Positions 16,413-25,711 are shown, numbered from the stretch's first letter. The stretch: DNA of 64,000 bases from Candidatus Tayloriibacteriota bacterium (GCA_016188455.1 JACPHR010000010.1:3655-67654), one strand, 5' to 3'. Notes: generated by a model not told the origin, from the sequence alone. Numbers and translations are program-made.

Positions 16413-18683
16413 ATGAAATTATTGATCGTTGAATCGCCGGCGAAGGCGAAAACCATTTCAAAATATCTGGACGGCCTGCCTGCGCCTGCCGGCGCGAAAG
16501 CAGGCGGGCAGGCGGGCCGGTACATCGTCAAGGCTTCCGTCGGCCATGTCCGCGACCTGCCAAAGAGCAATAAAAACGCCATTGACATTGAGGGCGGCTT
16601 TGTGCCCCATTACGAAATTTCCAAAGGCAAGGAAAAGGTGGTCTCTGAGATAGAGGCTTTGGCCAGGAAGGCGGACACCGTGCTCTTGGCCACCGACCCC
16701 GACCGCGAGGGCGAGGCCATTGCTTGGCACTTATCCGAGCTTATAAAGGATAAGCTCGGAGAATCACGAATCAAGAATCACGAATCAAGAAGACCGATAC
16801 AGAGGGTGGTGTACCATGAAATAACGAGGGAGGCCATAAAAGAGGCTTTGGAGCATCCGCGAGACATTGACGAAAACTTGCGGCGCGCTCAGGAGGCGCG
16901 GCGGGTTTTAGACCGTCTCGTCGGCTACGACCTCTCCGGCCTGATTTGGAAAAAAGTGCGCTACGGCTTGTCCGCCGGCCGGGTTCAGTCTCCGGCTCTG
17001 CGCATTTTGGTGGAACGGGAGCGGGAAATTCGCGCCTTTAAGCCGGAAAAATTTTTCGTCATCAGCGCGGAAGTGGAAAGCAAAACCGGCGGTCGGTTCA
17101 TGCTTTTCTGCGTGGCAGAACCGCGCGACAAAGGGCTGGTGGAAAAAATCCTGGCGGCGGGCCGGCGCGAAGATTGGGTCGTTAAAGAGATTGCCGAAAC
17201 CGAAGCCAAGCGAACGCCGAAGGCGCCTTTCATCACCTCCACTCTCCAGCAAACCGCGAGCTCGCGGCTGGGATTCGCCCCCTCGCGCACCATGGGCATC
17301 GCCCAAAAACTTTACGAAGCGGGACTGATTACCTACATGCGCACCGACAGCACCACTTTGTCCGCCCACGCCCTGGCCCAAATCGGCCCGGCCATTCTGA
17401 AAAAATTCGGCGCCGGCCTCCACCAAAACCGGGTCTTCGCCAAAAAAAGCAAGAACGCCCAGGAAGCCCACGAAGCCATCCGCCCGACCAATCTTTCTCT
17501 GGAATCCGCCGGCGCGGGAAACGAGGCCCGCAAGCTCTACCGTTTGATTTGGCAGAGGACAATCGCCAGCCAAATGATTGACGCCAAAATTTTACGAAGC
17601 AAGATTACTGTCAGGGTCGGCACGGGCCCCTCGCCTGCGCTCGGGGCAAGCGAAATTCCGGACTTTGCCGTGGGCGGCTCGCGGTTGCTTTCCCCCGGCT
17701 GGCTCTTGGCCGACCCCGAAGCGCGGGGCGAGGATGTTGAACTGCCGAAAGTTTCCTTGAACGAAAAACTAACGCTCCTTCAACTGAAAACGGAAGAAAA
17801 AGCGACGGAGCCGCCGCCGCGCTACAGCGAAGCGGGTCTGGTCAAAGAGCTTGAGAAGCGCGGCATTGGCAGGCCCTCAACCTACGCCTCCATCCTCAAA
17901 ACCATTGAAGACCGGGGCTACGTGACCAAAGAAAACAAAGCCTTGAAACCGACGGATACCGGCGAAGTGGTCAGCGGCTTTCTGGAAGACAATTTTCCGA
18001 CTTACATTAGCGACAATTTTACCGCGGAGATGGAAGACAAACTTGACGATATCGCCGTAGGAGCGCGTCAGTACGAAAAAACTCTTGAGGAATTTTATAA
18101 ACCCTTCCATAAGGAAGTAAAAGCCAAGGAAAAGGCGGAAAAAGCCACCAACCTTGGAGAAGGCCCGAAAGAATTTTCCTGTCCGGTCTGCGACGGGCCC
18201 ATGATTATAAAACTCGGCAGGAGTGGAAGATTTTTAAGCTGCGCCAAATTCCCCGATTGCTTGGGCGCCCGCGCCATTGACGGCAAGGAACTTGAAGGGC
18301 CGAAAGAAACCGGCGAACTCTGTCCGGAATGTAAAACCGGCAAACTGGTTGAGCGCGACGGCAAGTTTGGCCGCTTTATCGCCTGCTCCAATTATCCGAA
18401 ATGCAAATATGTCAAGAAAGACGAGGCGCTGGAAAAGCAAAACTCAACCGGTGTCCTCTGCCCCGTCTGCAAGGAAGGCTTCATGACCGAGCGCCGCGGC
18501 CGATTCGGCCTTTTTTACAGCTGTTCCAACTATCCCAAATGCAAAAACGCCATCAAAGCCAAACCGACCGGAGCGCTCTGCCGCCTCTGCGGCGCGCTGA
18601 TGATGGAAGGCACGAAAACCATCCCCGAAAGATGCAGTAATAAAACTTGTGCCAACCATAACCCCCACAAACTCGCGAAGTAA
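16413..18683 (+). CDS. topA: DNA topoisomerase I with C-terminal Zn ribbons
   Basis: IVESPAKAKTI, ATDPDREGEAI, SAGRVQS, ITYMRTDS. Confidence 0.98.
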   Translation: MKLLIVESPAKAKTISKYLDGLPAPAGAKAGGQAGRYIVKASVGHVRDLPKSNKNAIDIEGGFVPHYEISKGKEKVVSEIEALARKADTVLLATDPDREGEAIAWHLSELIKDKLGESRIKNHESRRPIQRVVYHEITREAIKEALEHPRDIDENLRRAQEARRVLDRLVGYDLSGLIWKKVRYGLSAGRVQSPALRILVEREREIRAFKPEKFFVISAEVESKTGGRFMLFCVAEPRDKGLVEKILAAGRREDWVVKEIAETEAKRTPKAPFITSTLQQTASSRLGFAPSRTMGIAQKLYEAGLITYMRTDSTTLSAHALAQIGPAILKKFGAGLHQNRVFAKKSKNAQEAHEAIRPTNLSLESAGAGNEARKLYRLIWQRTIASQMIDAKILRSKITVRVGTGPSPALGASEIPDFAVGGSRLLSPGWLLADPEARGEDVELPKVSLNEKLTLLQLKTEEKATEPPPRYSEAGLVKELEKRGIGRPSTYASILKTIEDRGYVTKENKALKPTDTGEVVSGFLEDNFPTYISDNFTAEMEDKLDDIAVGARQYEKTLEEFYKPFHKEVKAKEKAEKATNLGEGPKEFSCPVCDGPMIIKLGRSGRFLSCAKFPDCLGARAIDGKELEGPKETGELCPECKTGKLVERDGKFGRFIACSNYPKCKYVKKDEALEKQNSTGVLCPVCKEGFMTERRGRFGLFYSCSNYPKCKNAIKAKPTGALCRLCGALMMEGTKTIPERCSNKTCANHNPHKLAK

Positions 18684-18817
18684 ATTTGGGAGCACGCAAC
18701 CTGCGTTGCGTGCGCAAGGGGTTTTCGTGAGGCGGAGTCATGTTTCGTCAGCGGACGAAACGGACGAGCCGGGGTCGCGAAAAATCCTGCTCGACGGAGC
18801 AGGGTTTATTTGTGACC
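18684..18817 (+). mobile_element. ~135-bp guide-bearing structured element, topA copy
   Basis: hairpin 18692-18713, GGTTTTCGTG (reverse complement of topA 18611-18620), CGGAG..CGAG, GGGTCGCGA..GACG..TGTGACC. Confidence 0.75.
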
Positions 18818-18887
18818 GAAGACGATTCCCGAACGTTGCTCCAACAAAACATGCGCAATGCACAACCCTCATAAACTCGCGAAGTAA
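18817..18887 (+). pseudogene. displaced duplicate of the topA 3' end (71 bp)
   Basis: encodes KTIPERCSNKTCAMHNPHKLAK* versus topA KTIPERCSNKTCANHNPHKLAK*. Confidence 0.9.
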
Positions 18888-18951
18888 TGAAAAAGCGTGG
18901 AGCCTGCTAATGAAGCCCCTTGCCCGAGATATCCCGTTGCAGTAGCATATA

Positions 18952-20460
18952 ATGAATATGGCAACCGTCAAAGACATCACCGACCTGATGCAAAATCCCT
19001 CGGCAGAGGACCTGACCGTCATCGCCAAAGCCTACGATTTCGCCGAGAAAGCCCATGCTGGTCAGCGGCGCGTTTCGGGAGAACCCTACTTCCTCCACCT
19101 CGTTGAAACGGCCAAAACTCTGGCCGAGCTCGGCATGGGTACCATGACTATTTCCGCCGGCCTGCTCCACGATTCAATTGAAGACGTAAACGTCAAACCG
19201 GAAAGCATTGAACGGGAGTTCGGCAAAGAAATCCGCTTTCTGGTGGAAGGGGTGACCAAACTGGGCAAACTTCACTACAGTGGTGCGGAACGTTATACCG
19301 AGAGTCTCCGCAAACTCTGCGTGGCCATGTCTAAAGACGTTCGGGTGCTGATTATCAAGCTGGCGGACCGGCTTCAGAACATGAAAACCCTTGAGGTGTT
19401 GCCGAAGGAAAAACGCGAACGCATCGCTTTGGAAACTCTGGAAATTTACGCCCCCTTGGCCTACCGCCTCGGCATCCGAAAGTTCAACCGTGAGTTGGAA
19501 GACCTGGCTTTTCCCCACGTGCATCCGGTCGAACACCGCAAAGTCAAAGAGTTGCTTAAAACAAAAAGCCGCGAGAAAGCGCGCCGTCTGGAAAAATTCC
19601 ACAAAGGAGTTTTGCGCCAGCTGGCCCGCGGAGGCGTCACCGAAATTCAGACCGGCTACCGGCTCAAAGGCTTATACAGCCTCTATCGCAAGCTCTTGAG
19701 AAAAAATTGGGACATTGAAAAAATCTACGACATTTCCGCTCTGAGGATTATCGTACCGACCGTTGGCGATTGCTATCGGGTGCTCGGTTTGATTCACAAC
19801 GTTTGGCGGCCGCTACCCGGCCGCATCAAAGACTACATCGCCTTCCCCAAGCCGAACAATTACCGGGGCATTCACACGACGATTTTTACCGGCGACGGCG
19901 GCATCATTGAAGTCCAAATCAGAACCCAGGAGATGCACCGGAAAACCGAGTACGGCATGCACTTTGAATACAAAGAAACCGCGGGCAATCCGAAACCGAA
20001 TTTCGCCGGCATTGAGTGGGTAAAGCGGTTCTTCCCGGCGTTCATACTCGGCAACAGGGAAATAAAAGAGGGGCAAAAAAATCCCGAGAGGACGCCGTCG
20101 TGGATTCAGGAGCTGGGCGAATACAACAAAGAGGTTTCGGGCGCCGAAGAGTTTGTTGAGGACGTCAAAAGCGATTTTTTCAGCGACAGGGTTTTCGTTT
20201 TTACGCCTAAAGGCGACGTGATTGATTTACCGACAGACTCAAGCCCTGTTGATTTTGCCTATGCCATTCACTCTGATATAGGCAATCACATGTCGGGAGC
20301 GAAGGTTAACGGCAAACTGGCGGCCCTGGAAACCAAGCTTCAAAATGGCGACATCGTGGAAATAGTGACCAAACCACCCGCTCGTCCAAGCCGAAAATGG
20401 CTGGCAATAACCAAAACCACCTTGGCCAAAAAACACATCAAGGCGGCGCTGGAAACGTAG
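18952..20460 (+). CDS. relA: RelA/SpoT homolog (HD + synthetase + TGS, no ACT domain)
   Basis: HAGQRRVSGEPY, LLHDSIED, KLADRLQNM, KDYIAFPKPNNY, VFTPKGD TGS. Confidence 0.93.
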   Translation: MNMATVKDITDLMQNPSAEDLTVIAKAYDFAEKAHAGQRRVSGEPYFLHLVETAKTLAELGMGTMTISAGLLHDSIEDVNVKPESIEREFGKEIRFLVEGVTKLGKLHYSGAERYTESLRKLCVAMSKDVRVLIIKLADRLQNMKTLEVLPKEKRERIALETLEIYAPLAYRLGIRKFNRELEDLAFPHVHPVEHRKVKELLKTKSREKARRLEKFHKGVLRQLARGGVTEIQTGYRLKGLYSLYRKLLRKNWDIEKIYDISALRIIVPTVGDCYRVLGLIHNVWRPLPGRIKDYIAFPKPNNYRGIHTTIFTGDGGIIEVQIRTQEMHRKTEYGMHFEYKETAGNPKPNFAGIEWVKRFFPAFILGNREIKEGQKNPERTPSWIQELGEYNKEVSGAEEFVEDVKSDFFSDRVFVFTPKGDVIDLPTDSSPVDFAYAIHSDIGNHMSGAKVNGKLAALETKLQNGDIVEIVTKPPARPSRKWLAITKTTLAKKHIKAALET

Positions 20461-20567
20461 CAGTGAGAGCGCAAAACACAGTTCACAAAATCCAAACAAA
20501 ACACAAAACCACCAAACATACAAACAGTTCACTCCCCTTTTGGGTTTTGGGAAACTGTGCTTTGTTT

Positions 20568-20789
20568 ACCTTGAATTACGAAACTCGGTTTCCGCGAAGA
20601 GCACTTCATCCCGCGCGCCTTATCCGGACTGAGGCAAGCCCCCGCACCAATTTCACCAAAGATGCGCGAGGGGTTTTGACGAGAGAGGCGGGTATAGACA
20701 CGCGACAATCACTGCATATCTGTTTTGTTAAATTGGTGTTGGGGCAAGCGGGAAGAAGTTCTCGAAACGCCAGTTCCGTAATTCAAGGT
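20568..20789. repeat. 222-bp nested inverted-repeat element (MITE-like or long-hairpin RNA)
   Basis: 18-bp terminal IRs 17/18 (ACCTTGAATTACGRAACT); inner CCCCGCACCAATTT..AAATTGGTGTTGGGG. Confidence 0.6.
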
Positions 20790-20851
20790 TTGTTTAGTTT
20801 TTGCCTGCCCGACTTCGCATGGACGAAGTTCGGGCGGGCGCCTGTTTTACC

Positions 20852-21814
20852 CTAGATACTGAAATTTTTGAGCGAATAGAGTTCTTCTTCGTTTTCGTCG
20901 GCTTGAATCTCATCCTTGGTCCTATCGTCAACCGGCGCTTCGGCGGCGGCCGCGGCGGCAATCGGCGCCGCTAAGCCGGCCGGCTTTCGGGCGTTTATCG
21001 TCTCCACCAAAGCATGAAGGTCGTCATCGGAAAAAAACTCAATGGTAATCTTGCCGCCCACTTCTTTCCGCTCAATCCGCACCCTGGTGCCGAGCGACTC
21101 CTTGAGCTTGGCCTCAATGGCCAAAAGCTCCGGGTCAACGTCGGCATTGTGAGCGCGGACGCGGTCAAGGGCAATCTTGCGGGCGATGACCTCCGCCTCC
21201 CGAACGGTAATTTTCCTAAAAATAATTTCCTTAAAAAGCGTCGCCTGCTCCGACGGCCGGTCAATGAGCATCAAAAGCGGCCGGGTGTGGCCTTCGGAGA
21301 TTTTGCCTTCCGAAAGGGCGATGAGCATCTCCTCCGGCAGGGCCAAAATGCGGAGAGTGTTTGAAACATAGACGCGGCTTTTGCCAACCTTGGCCGCAAT
21401 CTCGGCGTGCGTAAATCTAAATTCCGTGCTTAGCCGATAAAAAGCCCTCGCCCTGTCAACGGGGTTCAAATCTTCGCGCTGTAAATTTTCAATAATGGCC
21501 AGTTCCAGTTTTTCTCGGTCACTTTGCTCTGTTGAACGGATAATCACCGGCACTTGTTCAAGACCGGCCAGTTTGGAGGCCCGGAGCCGCCGCTCGCCGG
21601 AAATCAGCTCGTACTCCACCAAAAGCCCGCCGTCCTCTTTCATTCGTTCATGGCGGGTAACGACCAGCGGCTGAAGCACGCCGTACATGCGGATGGAGTC
21701 GGCCAAATCCCGAAGCTTCACCTCGTCAAACTCGTGCCGCGGCTGGTACGGGTTCGGATGAATCTTGTCAACCTCAATCCAAAATATGGCGTCGTTAAAA
21801 AATTGCGAGGGCAT
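20852..21814 (-). CDS. parB: ParB/Spo0J partition protein
   Basis: PNPYQPR, GVLQPL, SGERRLRA, IENLQREDLNP. Confidence 0.95.
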   Translation of the reverse strand: MPSQFFNDAIFWIEVDKIHPNPYQPRHEFDEVKLRDLADSIRMYGVLQPLVVTRHERMKEDGGLLVEYELISGERRLRASKLAGLEQVPVIIRSTEQSDREKLELAIIENLQREDLNPVDRARAFYRLSTEFRFTHAEIAAKVGKSRVYVSNTLRILALPEEMLIALSEGKISEGHTRPLLMLIDRPSEQATLFKEIIFRKITVREAEVIARKIALDRVRAHNADVDPELLAIEAKLKESLGTRVRIERKEVGGKITIEFFSDDDLHALVETINARKPAGLAAPIAAAAAAEAPVDDRTKDEIQADENEEELYSLKNFSI

Positions 21815-21940
21815 AAAAAAGTTGAAAGTTACAAGTTTGTAAAGTTATAAAGTAAAAAGAATCACACCCACATGGTAACATACAAGAACGGCATGTGAAA
21901 TTGATTTTTGTGTATAATTTGATTAGACTGATAATTTAAA

Positions 21941-22025
21941 GCCAGAGTGATGAAATTGGCAAACATACTCGACTCAAAATCGAGCGCCGAAAGGCTTGTG
22001 GGTTCAAATCCCACCTCTGGCACCA
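21941..22025 (+). tRNA. tRNA-Leu(CAA)
   Basis: GCCAGAG/CTCTGGC acceptor, CTCGA-CTCAAAA-TCGAG anticodon arm, long variable arm, CCA. Confidence 0.95.
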
Positions 22026-22223
22026 ACGCTCGTCAAGGCGACCCACCCAACTCGCTGCAGACGCATCTGCGTCGAAGCGGGCGGGAGTCAGGTAGGCAAA
22101 ATCACGCGGGGCAATCTATGAGAGTTTGATCCCCTCCTCGCCCACCACTTGTGCTAGATTTTCTCCCGCGTCACCATCCCCACGTGACTACTGCTCAGTT
22201 CACAAGCAAGATTAATTCCCCGC

Positions 22224-22259
22224 TCTTATATTCTAATTCGCGCGAATTAGAATATAAGA
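22224..22259. repeat. perfect 36-bp palindrome, TCTAATTCGCGCGAATTAGA family
   Basis: other copies at 22553-22576, 23938-23969, split copy 23599-23663, partial copy in miaA 23288-23313. Confidence 0.9.
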
Positions 22260-22268
22260 AAAACAATG

Positions 22269-22529
22269 CTATAAAACCTTCAGCACTGATTGAATGACTG
22301 CGGGAGATTTGCCATTCAGAAAATAGTAAACCTCAAGAGCCTGCTGGCGCTTGTCCAGAATATCAGCGCGAGAGAGTATATTGAGATGCTTCGAGGTCGA
22401 GGTGAATGACAGTTTAATCTCATCGGCGATTTCTCCCACTGTTGCCTCATGTTCCTTTTTCAGAAATGCAACAATGGCAAGACGTCTGCGATTCGCCATG
22501 GCTTTCAATACTCGCTCATATTCTTTCAT
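22269..22529 (-). CDS. ArsR/SmtB-family HTH regulator
   Basis: LKAMANRRRLAI..TVGEIA..LS..STSKHL..L. Confidence 0.9.
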   Translation of the reverse strand: MKEYERVLKAMANRRRLAIVAFLKKEHEATVGEIADEIKLSFTSTSKHLNILSRADILDKRQQALEVYYFLNGKSPAVIQSVLKVL

Positions 22530-22552
22530 GGTACTATATATTATACCGGTAC

Positions 22553-22576
22553 TTTCTAATTCGCGCGAATTAGAAA
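22553..22576. repeat. perfect 24-bp palindrome upstream of ArsR copy 1
   Basis: TTTCTAATTCGC|GCGAATTAGAAA. Confidence 0.9.
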
Positions 22577-22626
22577 ATGATGAATTTGTGGATAAGCATC
22601 ACATGGAGGCGAGTTTTGAGAAATAC

Positions 22627-23589
22627 ATGAGAAGAGCTGATAAAATTATCATTATTGCTGGGCCGACGGCGGTCGGAAAAAGCACGCTCGCCGTTAAGAT
22701 TGCAAAGAAATTCGGCGGAGAGATTGTTTCAGCCGATTCGCGGCAGGTCTATCGCGGATTAAACATCGGCACGGGAAAAATTACCAAAAAAGAAATGTGC
22801 GGAGTACCGCATCATTTGCTTGACGTGGCGAGCCCGCGTCGCAGATTCAGCGTGGTGGAGTATCAAAAGCTCGCCCGACAAAAAATCAAGGATGTTTTGT
22901 CTATGGGCAAGCTCCCCATCATCTGCGGCGGGGCCGGTTTCTACATTGAAGCCGTCGCGGACAATGTGGCCCTGCCCGACGCGCCGCCGAATGAAAAACT
23001 CCGCGCTCGGCTCCGAAAAGAAACTCCTGAAACTCTGCTGAACCTGCTGATGAAACTTGACCCGGCCCGAGCCGAAAACATTGACCGAAAAAATCCCCGC
23101 CGGCTGATTCGGGCGATTGAGGTCGCCCGGTCTCTCGGCTCCGTTCCTTCTCCTCTTCCTCTTCAACATTCATACGTTCCCTGCCTTGCCGGCAGGCAGG
23201 CTAGGAATGTAGGAATGTCAAAGAAAGAATTCAACGTACTCTGGATCGGGCTTACCCTGCCTCCGGCGGAACTGAAAAGGAAAATTGCTATTCGCTTATT
23301 CGCGCGAATTAGAAAAGGTATGATACAAGAAGCCCGGCGGCTTCACAAAAACGGCCTCTCGTGGAAACGAATGGAGGAGCTGGGTCTTGAGTATCGCCAC
23401 CTCGCGCGCTACCTGCGAAATAAAACGTCAAAACTGGAAATGACTGATAAATTGCAGACAGAAATCTGGCGCTACGCCAAGCGCCAGCTAACCTGGTTCA
23501 AACGCAACCGGCGAATCAGGTGGTTCCAGCCAAACCAAACGGAAGAAATTAAAACGTTGGTTAAAAACTTCCTGTCAAAATCAAAATGA
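22627..23589 (+). CDS. miaA: tRNA dimethylallyltransferase
   Basis: GPTAVGKS, SADSRQVYRGLNIGTGK, AKRQLTWF; start moved to ATG 22627. Confidence 0.96.
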   Translation: MRRADKIIIIAGPTAVGKSTLAVKIAKKFGGEIVSADSRQVYRGLNIGTGKITKKEMCGVPHHLLDVASPRRRFSVVEYQKLARQKIKDVLSMGKLPIICGGAGFYIEAVADNVALPDAPPNEKLRARLRKETPETLLNLLMKLDPARAENIDRKNPRRLIRAIEVARSLGSVPSPLPLQHSYVPCLAGRQARNVGMSKKEFNVLWIGLTLPPAELKRKIAIRLFARIRKGMIQEARRLHKNGLSWKRMEELGLEYRHLARYLRNKTSKLEMTDKLQTEIWRYAKRQLTWFKRNRRIRWFQPNQTEEIKTLVKNFLSKSK

Positions 23590-23613
23590 CATCCCGCACT
23601 ATTCGCTTATTCG

Positions 23614-23652
23614 CCCGCCTGCCAAAGCCTGAGCTTGGCGATGGCGGGCAGG
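23614..23652. repeat. CCCGCCTGCC..GGCGGGCAGG palindromic insert
   Basis: removal restores a 26-bp match to 23288-23313. Confidence 0.85.
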
Positions 23653-23658
23653 CGCGAA

Positions 23659-23919
23659 TTAGAGAACAGAAATAAGATATTTAATAACAGGCACTTGTAA
23701 GTTGGTGATTTTATAAAACATTTGAAGGCTGACTTGCTCTTTTTCAAGAATTTCTGCGGCACTTAGAATAAGCAAATGTTTAGAAGTTGATGTGAAAGAA
23801 AGCTTGATGTTCTCTGCAACTGCACCAACTGACGCGACTTTCTTTTTCTTGAGGAAAGCCAGAATCGCTAACCGTCTTTTGTTCGCCACTGCCTTCAATT
23901 GTCTTTCGAGTTTTATCAT
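23659..23919 (-). CDS. ArsR/SmtB-family HTH regulator (paralog)
   Basis: LKAVANKRRLAILAFLKK..IKLSFTSTSKHL. Confidence 0.9.
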   Translation of the reverse strand: MIKLERQLKAVANKRRLAILAFLKKKKVASVGAVAENIKLSFTSTSKHLLILSAAEILEKEQVSLQMFYKITNLQVPVIKYLISVL

Positions 23920-23937
23920 CCCTATTTTTTATTTATC

Positions 23938-23969
23938 TTATTGTCTAATTCGCGCGAATTAGACAATAA
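23938..23969. repeat. perfect 32-bp palindrome upstream of ArsR copy 2
   Basis: TTATTGTCTAATTCGC|GCGAATTAGACAATAA. Confidence 0.9.
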
Positions 23970-23992
23970 ATTAATTATTTTGAGGCATTTTC

Positions 23993-24154
23993 GGCGGGAG
24001 CTGGAGGAATCGGTCACAACTCTCGTTCTCCCGTCGGAGAACTCGGTCGCGACCCCGCCTCGTTCTCGCTCGGAACTCGCGAGATACTCCGGCTTCCGCT
24101 TCCTCTCGCGACCCAAGCAGTTGGCTCGCTCAACTCCCCATTCGGCCGCACTCA
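23993..24154 (-). mobile_element. guide-bearing structured element, tRNA-Trp copy, plus 21-bp duplicate of the tRNA 3' end
   Basis: 23993-24013 = 24156-24176; ACTGCT loop, CGGAG, GGGGTCGCGA..GACG..TGTGACC on the minus strand. Confidence 0.75.
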
Positions 24155-24228
24155 TGGCGGGAGCTGGAGGAATCGGACCTCCGACCGACGTTTTGGAGAC
24201 GTCCATTATGCCACTTAACTAAGCTCCC
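24155..24228 (-). tRNA. tRNA-Trp(CCA)
   Basis: GGGAGCT/AGCTCCC acceptor, GACGT-CTCCAAA-ACGTC anticodon arm, CCA. Confidence 0.93.
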
Positions 24229-24290
24229 GGTGCGAGCAATATAGCACAAAAGGCGCGGGTTGCCAAAAAATAACCTCGCCCGGAGAGGGA

Positions 24291-24449
24291 TTATTTTTTG
24301 GCTTCTTTGTGCGGTGTCCGCGCGCGACACCATTTGCAAAATTTCTTGAGCTCTATCTTGCGCTCTACCTTCTTCTTGTTCTTTTCAGACCAATAGTTGG
24401 TGCGCTGACACTGGGAACAATTGAGCTTTATAAGTCGTTCCTGGCTCAT
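24291..24449 (-). CDS. rpmG: 50S ribosomal protein L33 (zinc-ribbon type), absent from the ORF track
   Basis: MSQERLIKLNCSQCQRTNYWSEKNKKKVERKIELKKFCKWCRARTPHKEAKK. Confidence 0.95.
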   Translation of the reverse strand: MSQERLIKLNCSQCQRTNYWSEKNKKKVERKIELKKFCKWCRARTPHKEAKK

Positions 24450-24532
24450 ATGCTAGTTGGTAAGTTAATAACTTGGCACGTCTGTAAGTTTTAAGAGAAA
24501 CAGAATATAGCAGAAAACCACAGAAAAGAAAA

Positions 24533-24561
24533 GGCCTGAACTCGCAAGCGAGTTCAGGCCT
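24533..24561 (-). terminator. intrinsic terminator
   Basis: AGGCCTGAACTCGC-AA-GCGAGTTCAGGCCT with a T-run on the minus strand. Confidence 0.7.
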
Positions 24562-24583
24562 CACAAACACAACTTTAGCCTTT

Positions 24584-25711
24584 CTAGCCTTTTCCGGGAG
24601 TGGTGGTATTGTCCTCGGAGGGCACATGGTGCCGCTCACGATAATTGCGGCCGAAGTCGGGGTCTTCCCAATCATCCAAGATGATGTAGTAGAGTCCAGC
24701 ATCCAATTCCCCGGAAACCGGAGCGCTCTCGGAAGTGGAAAACTCTCCGAGAAAGCGACCCTTGCCATCAAGGAGCTGTCCTTTGCAGGCGTGAGTCAAA
24801 ATTTCAACCTGCCCGTTCACAAACCGATATCCCGTTGAAGGGAATATCGTCACTTTTAAACGTGCCGTGAACAGAACTGGCTGAACGAACTGCGGCGATG
24901 TTTCTTCTGCTTCGCCGCGGATTTCGCTCGGGTTCACAAGCAAGGGTCGGAAATTGGCGAAGGCGACGTTCGCCGTACCGCTGACCCGCTCCGGAGTAAC
25001 GAGTACTCCGCCGCGGAAGGTATCCTCGTGATATCCGTCCGAGTCCTGCACGAAGACCGAGAGCTCTCCGTAGCTATCCTCAAACTGGCCGCTGTCACGA
25101 TACTCCTCCACATTGCCGATGAGACCGACCGGGAACCTGATTTCTCCGTCAACGACGGGAATGTTTACTGTGCGGATGATGAAGCCTTCCTTCGTTTTCT
25201 GAACGAAGCGGGCCCACGAAGCGCCTTGGTAGGCGAAATAGACTTCGTCCACAATGCGCGGCTTGATCTTTCCCGCAACGAGGCGAAACCGACCCAATTC
25301 GGCCGGCACCACATACGCCGCCTCCGAGCCGTAAAAGAGCTGGCGCCCTTTTCGGTCAAAGAGGTTGAGGTACGCGTAGAGGCCATTCGTATCGGTGATA
25401 GCGAAGTCAAGCACGGCCGAGCCGAGCTTATCCGCAATTGTCTGGTGGTTCGCTCCGGTAACGTCCTGCGACAACAACACCTGCACATAGTTAGTGTTAT
25501 TGGAGTTTTCGGAGAGATTTTCCCCCCAGACCCCGACTTGACCCTGACTCGCCTGGTTAAGCGCCCACACCCAGAGCTGTTCAATATTCCGAATGGGCAA
25601 CTGGCTGGGCGCGCCTCCTCCCCCGCCGCCTCCGCCGGAACTTGAGGTTTGAGCGCTGGCCGCAAAGGCGATGCACATCGCCGACACGACTACTGATAAT
25701 ATGGTCTTCAT
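24584..25711 (-). CDS. hypothetical secreted protein (375 aa)
   Basis: signal peptide, Gly linker, AAAGGAAAG RBS. Confidence 0.75.
   Translation of the reverse strand: MKTILSVVVSAMCIAFAASAQTSSSGGGGGGGGAPSQLPIRNIEQLWVWALNQASQGQVGVWGENLSENSNNTNYVQVLLSQDVTGANHQTIADKLGSAVLDFAITDTNGLYAYLNLFDRKGRQLFYGSEAAYVVPAELGRFRLVAGKIKPRIVDEVYFAYQGASWARFVQKTKEGFIIRTVNIPVVDGEIRFPVGLIGNVEEYRDSGQFEDSYGELSVFVQDSDGYHEDTFRGGVLVTPERVSGTANVAFANFRPLLVNPSEIRGEAEETSPQFVQPVLFTARLKVTIFPSTGYRFVNGQVEILTHACKGQLLDGKGRFLGEFSTSESAPVSGELDAGLYYIILDDWEDPDFGRNYRERHHVPSEDNTTTPGKG

Noticed and set aside
18684-18817. Known small ribozyme (hammerhead, HDV/theta) or second bridge-RNA guide
   Set aside because: No CUGAnGA/GAAA core or HDV pseudoknot is evident by eye; the segment before hairpin 1 is shared between the topA and Cys copies, so it is not target-specific
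22224-22259. Protelomerase (telRL-like) site because of the CGCGCG-centred palindrome
   Set aside because: Multiple copies, no protelomerase gene seen, and the similarity is limited to the centre
22351-22626. N-terminal extensions in the ORF track (miaA; likewise serS, infB, pth, alr, dprA)
   Set aside because: They overlap other genes or repeats; homology starts at downstream ATGs
23993-24228. Prophage or genomic island at tRNA att sites
   Set aside because: The duplicated tRNA ends enclose only ~120-140 bp with no integrase; treated as mini-elements
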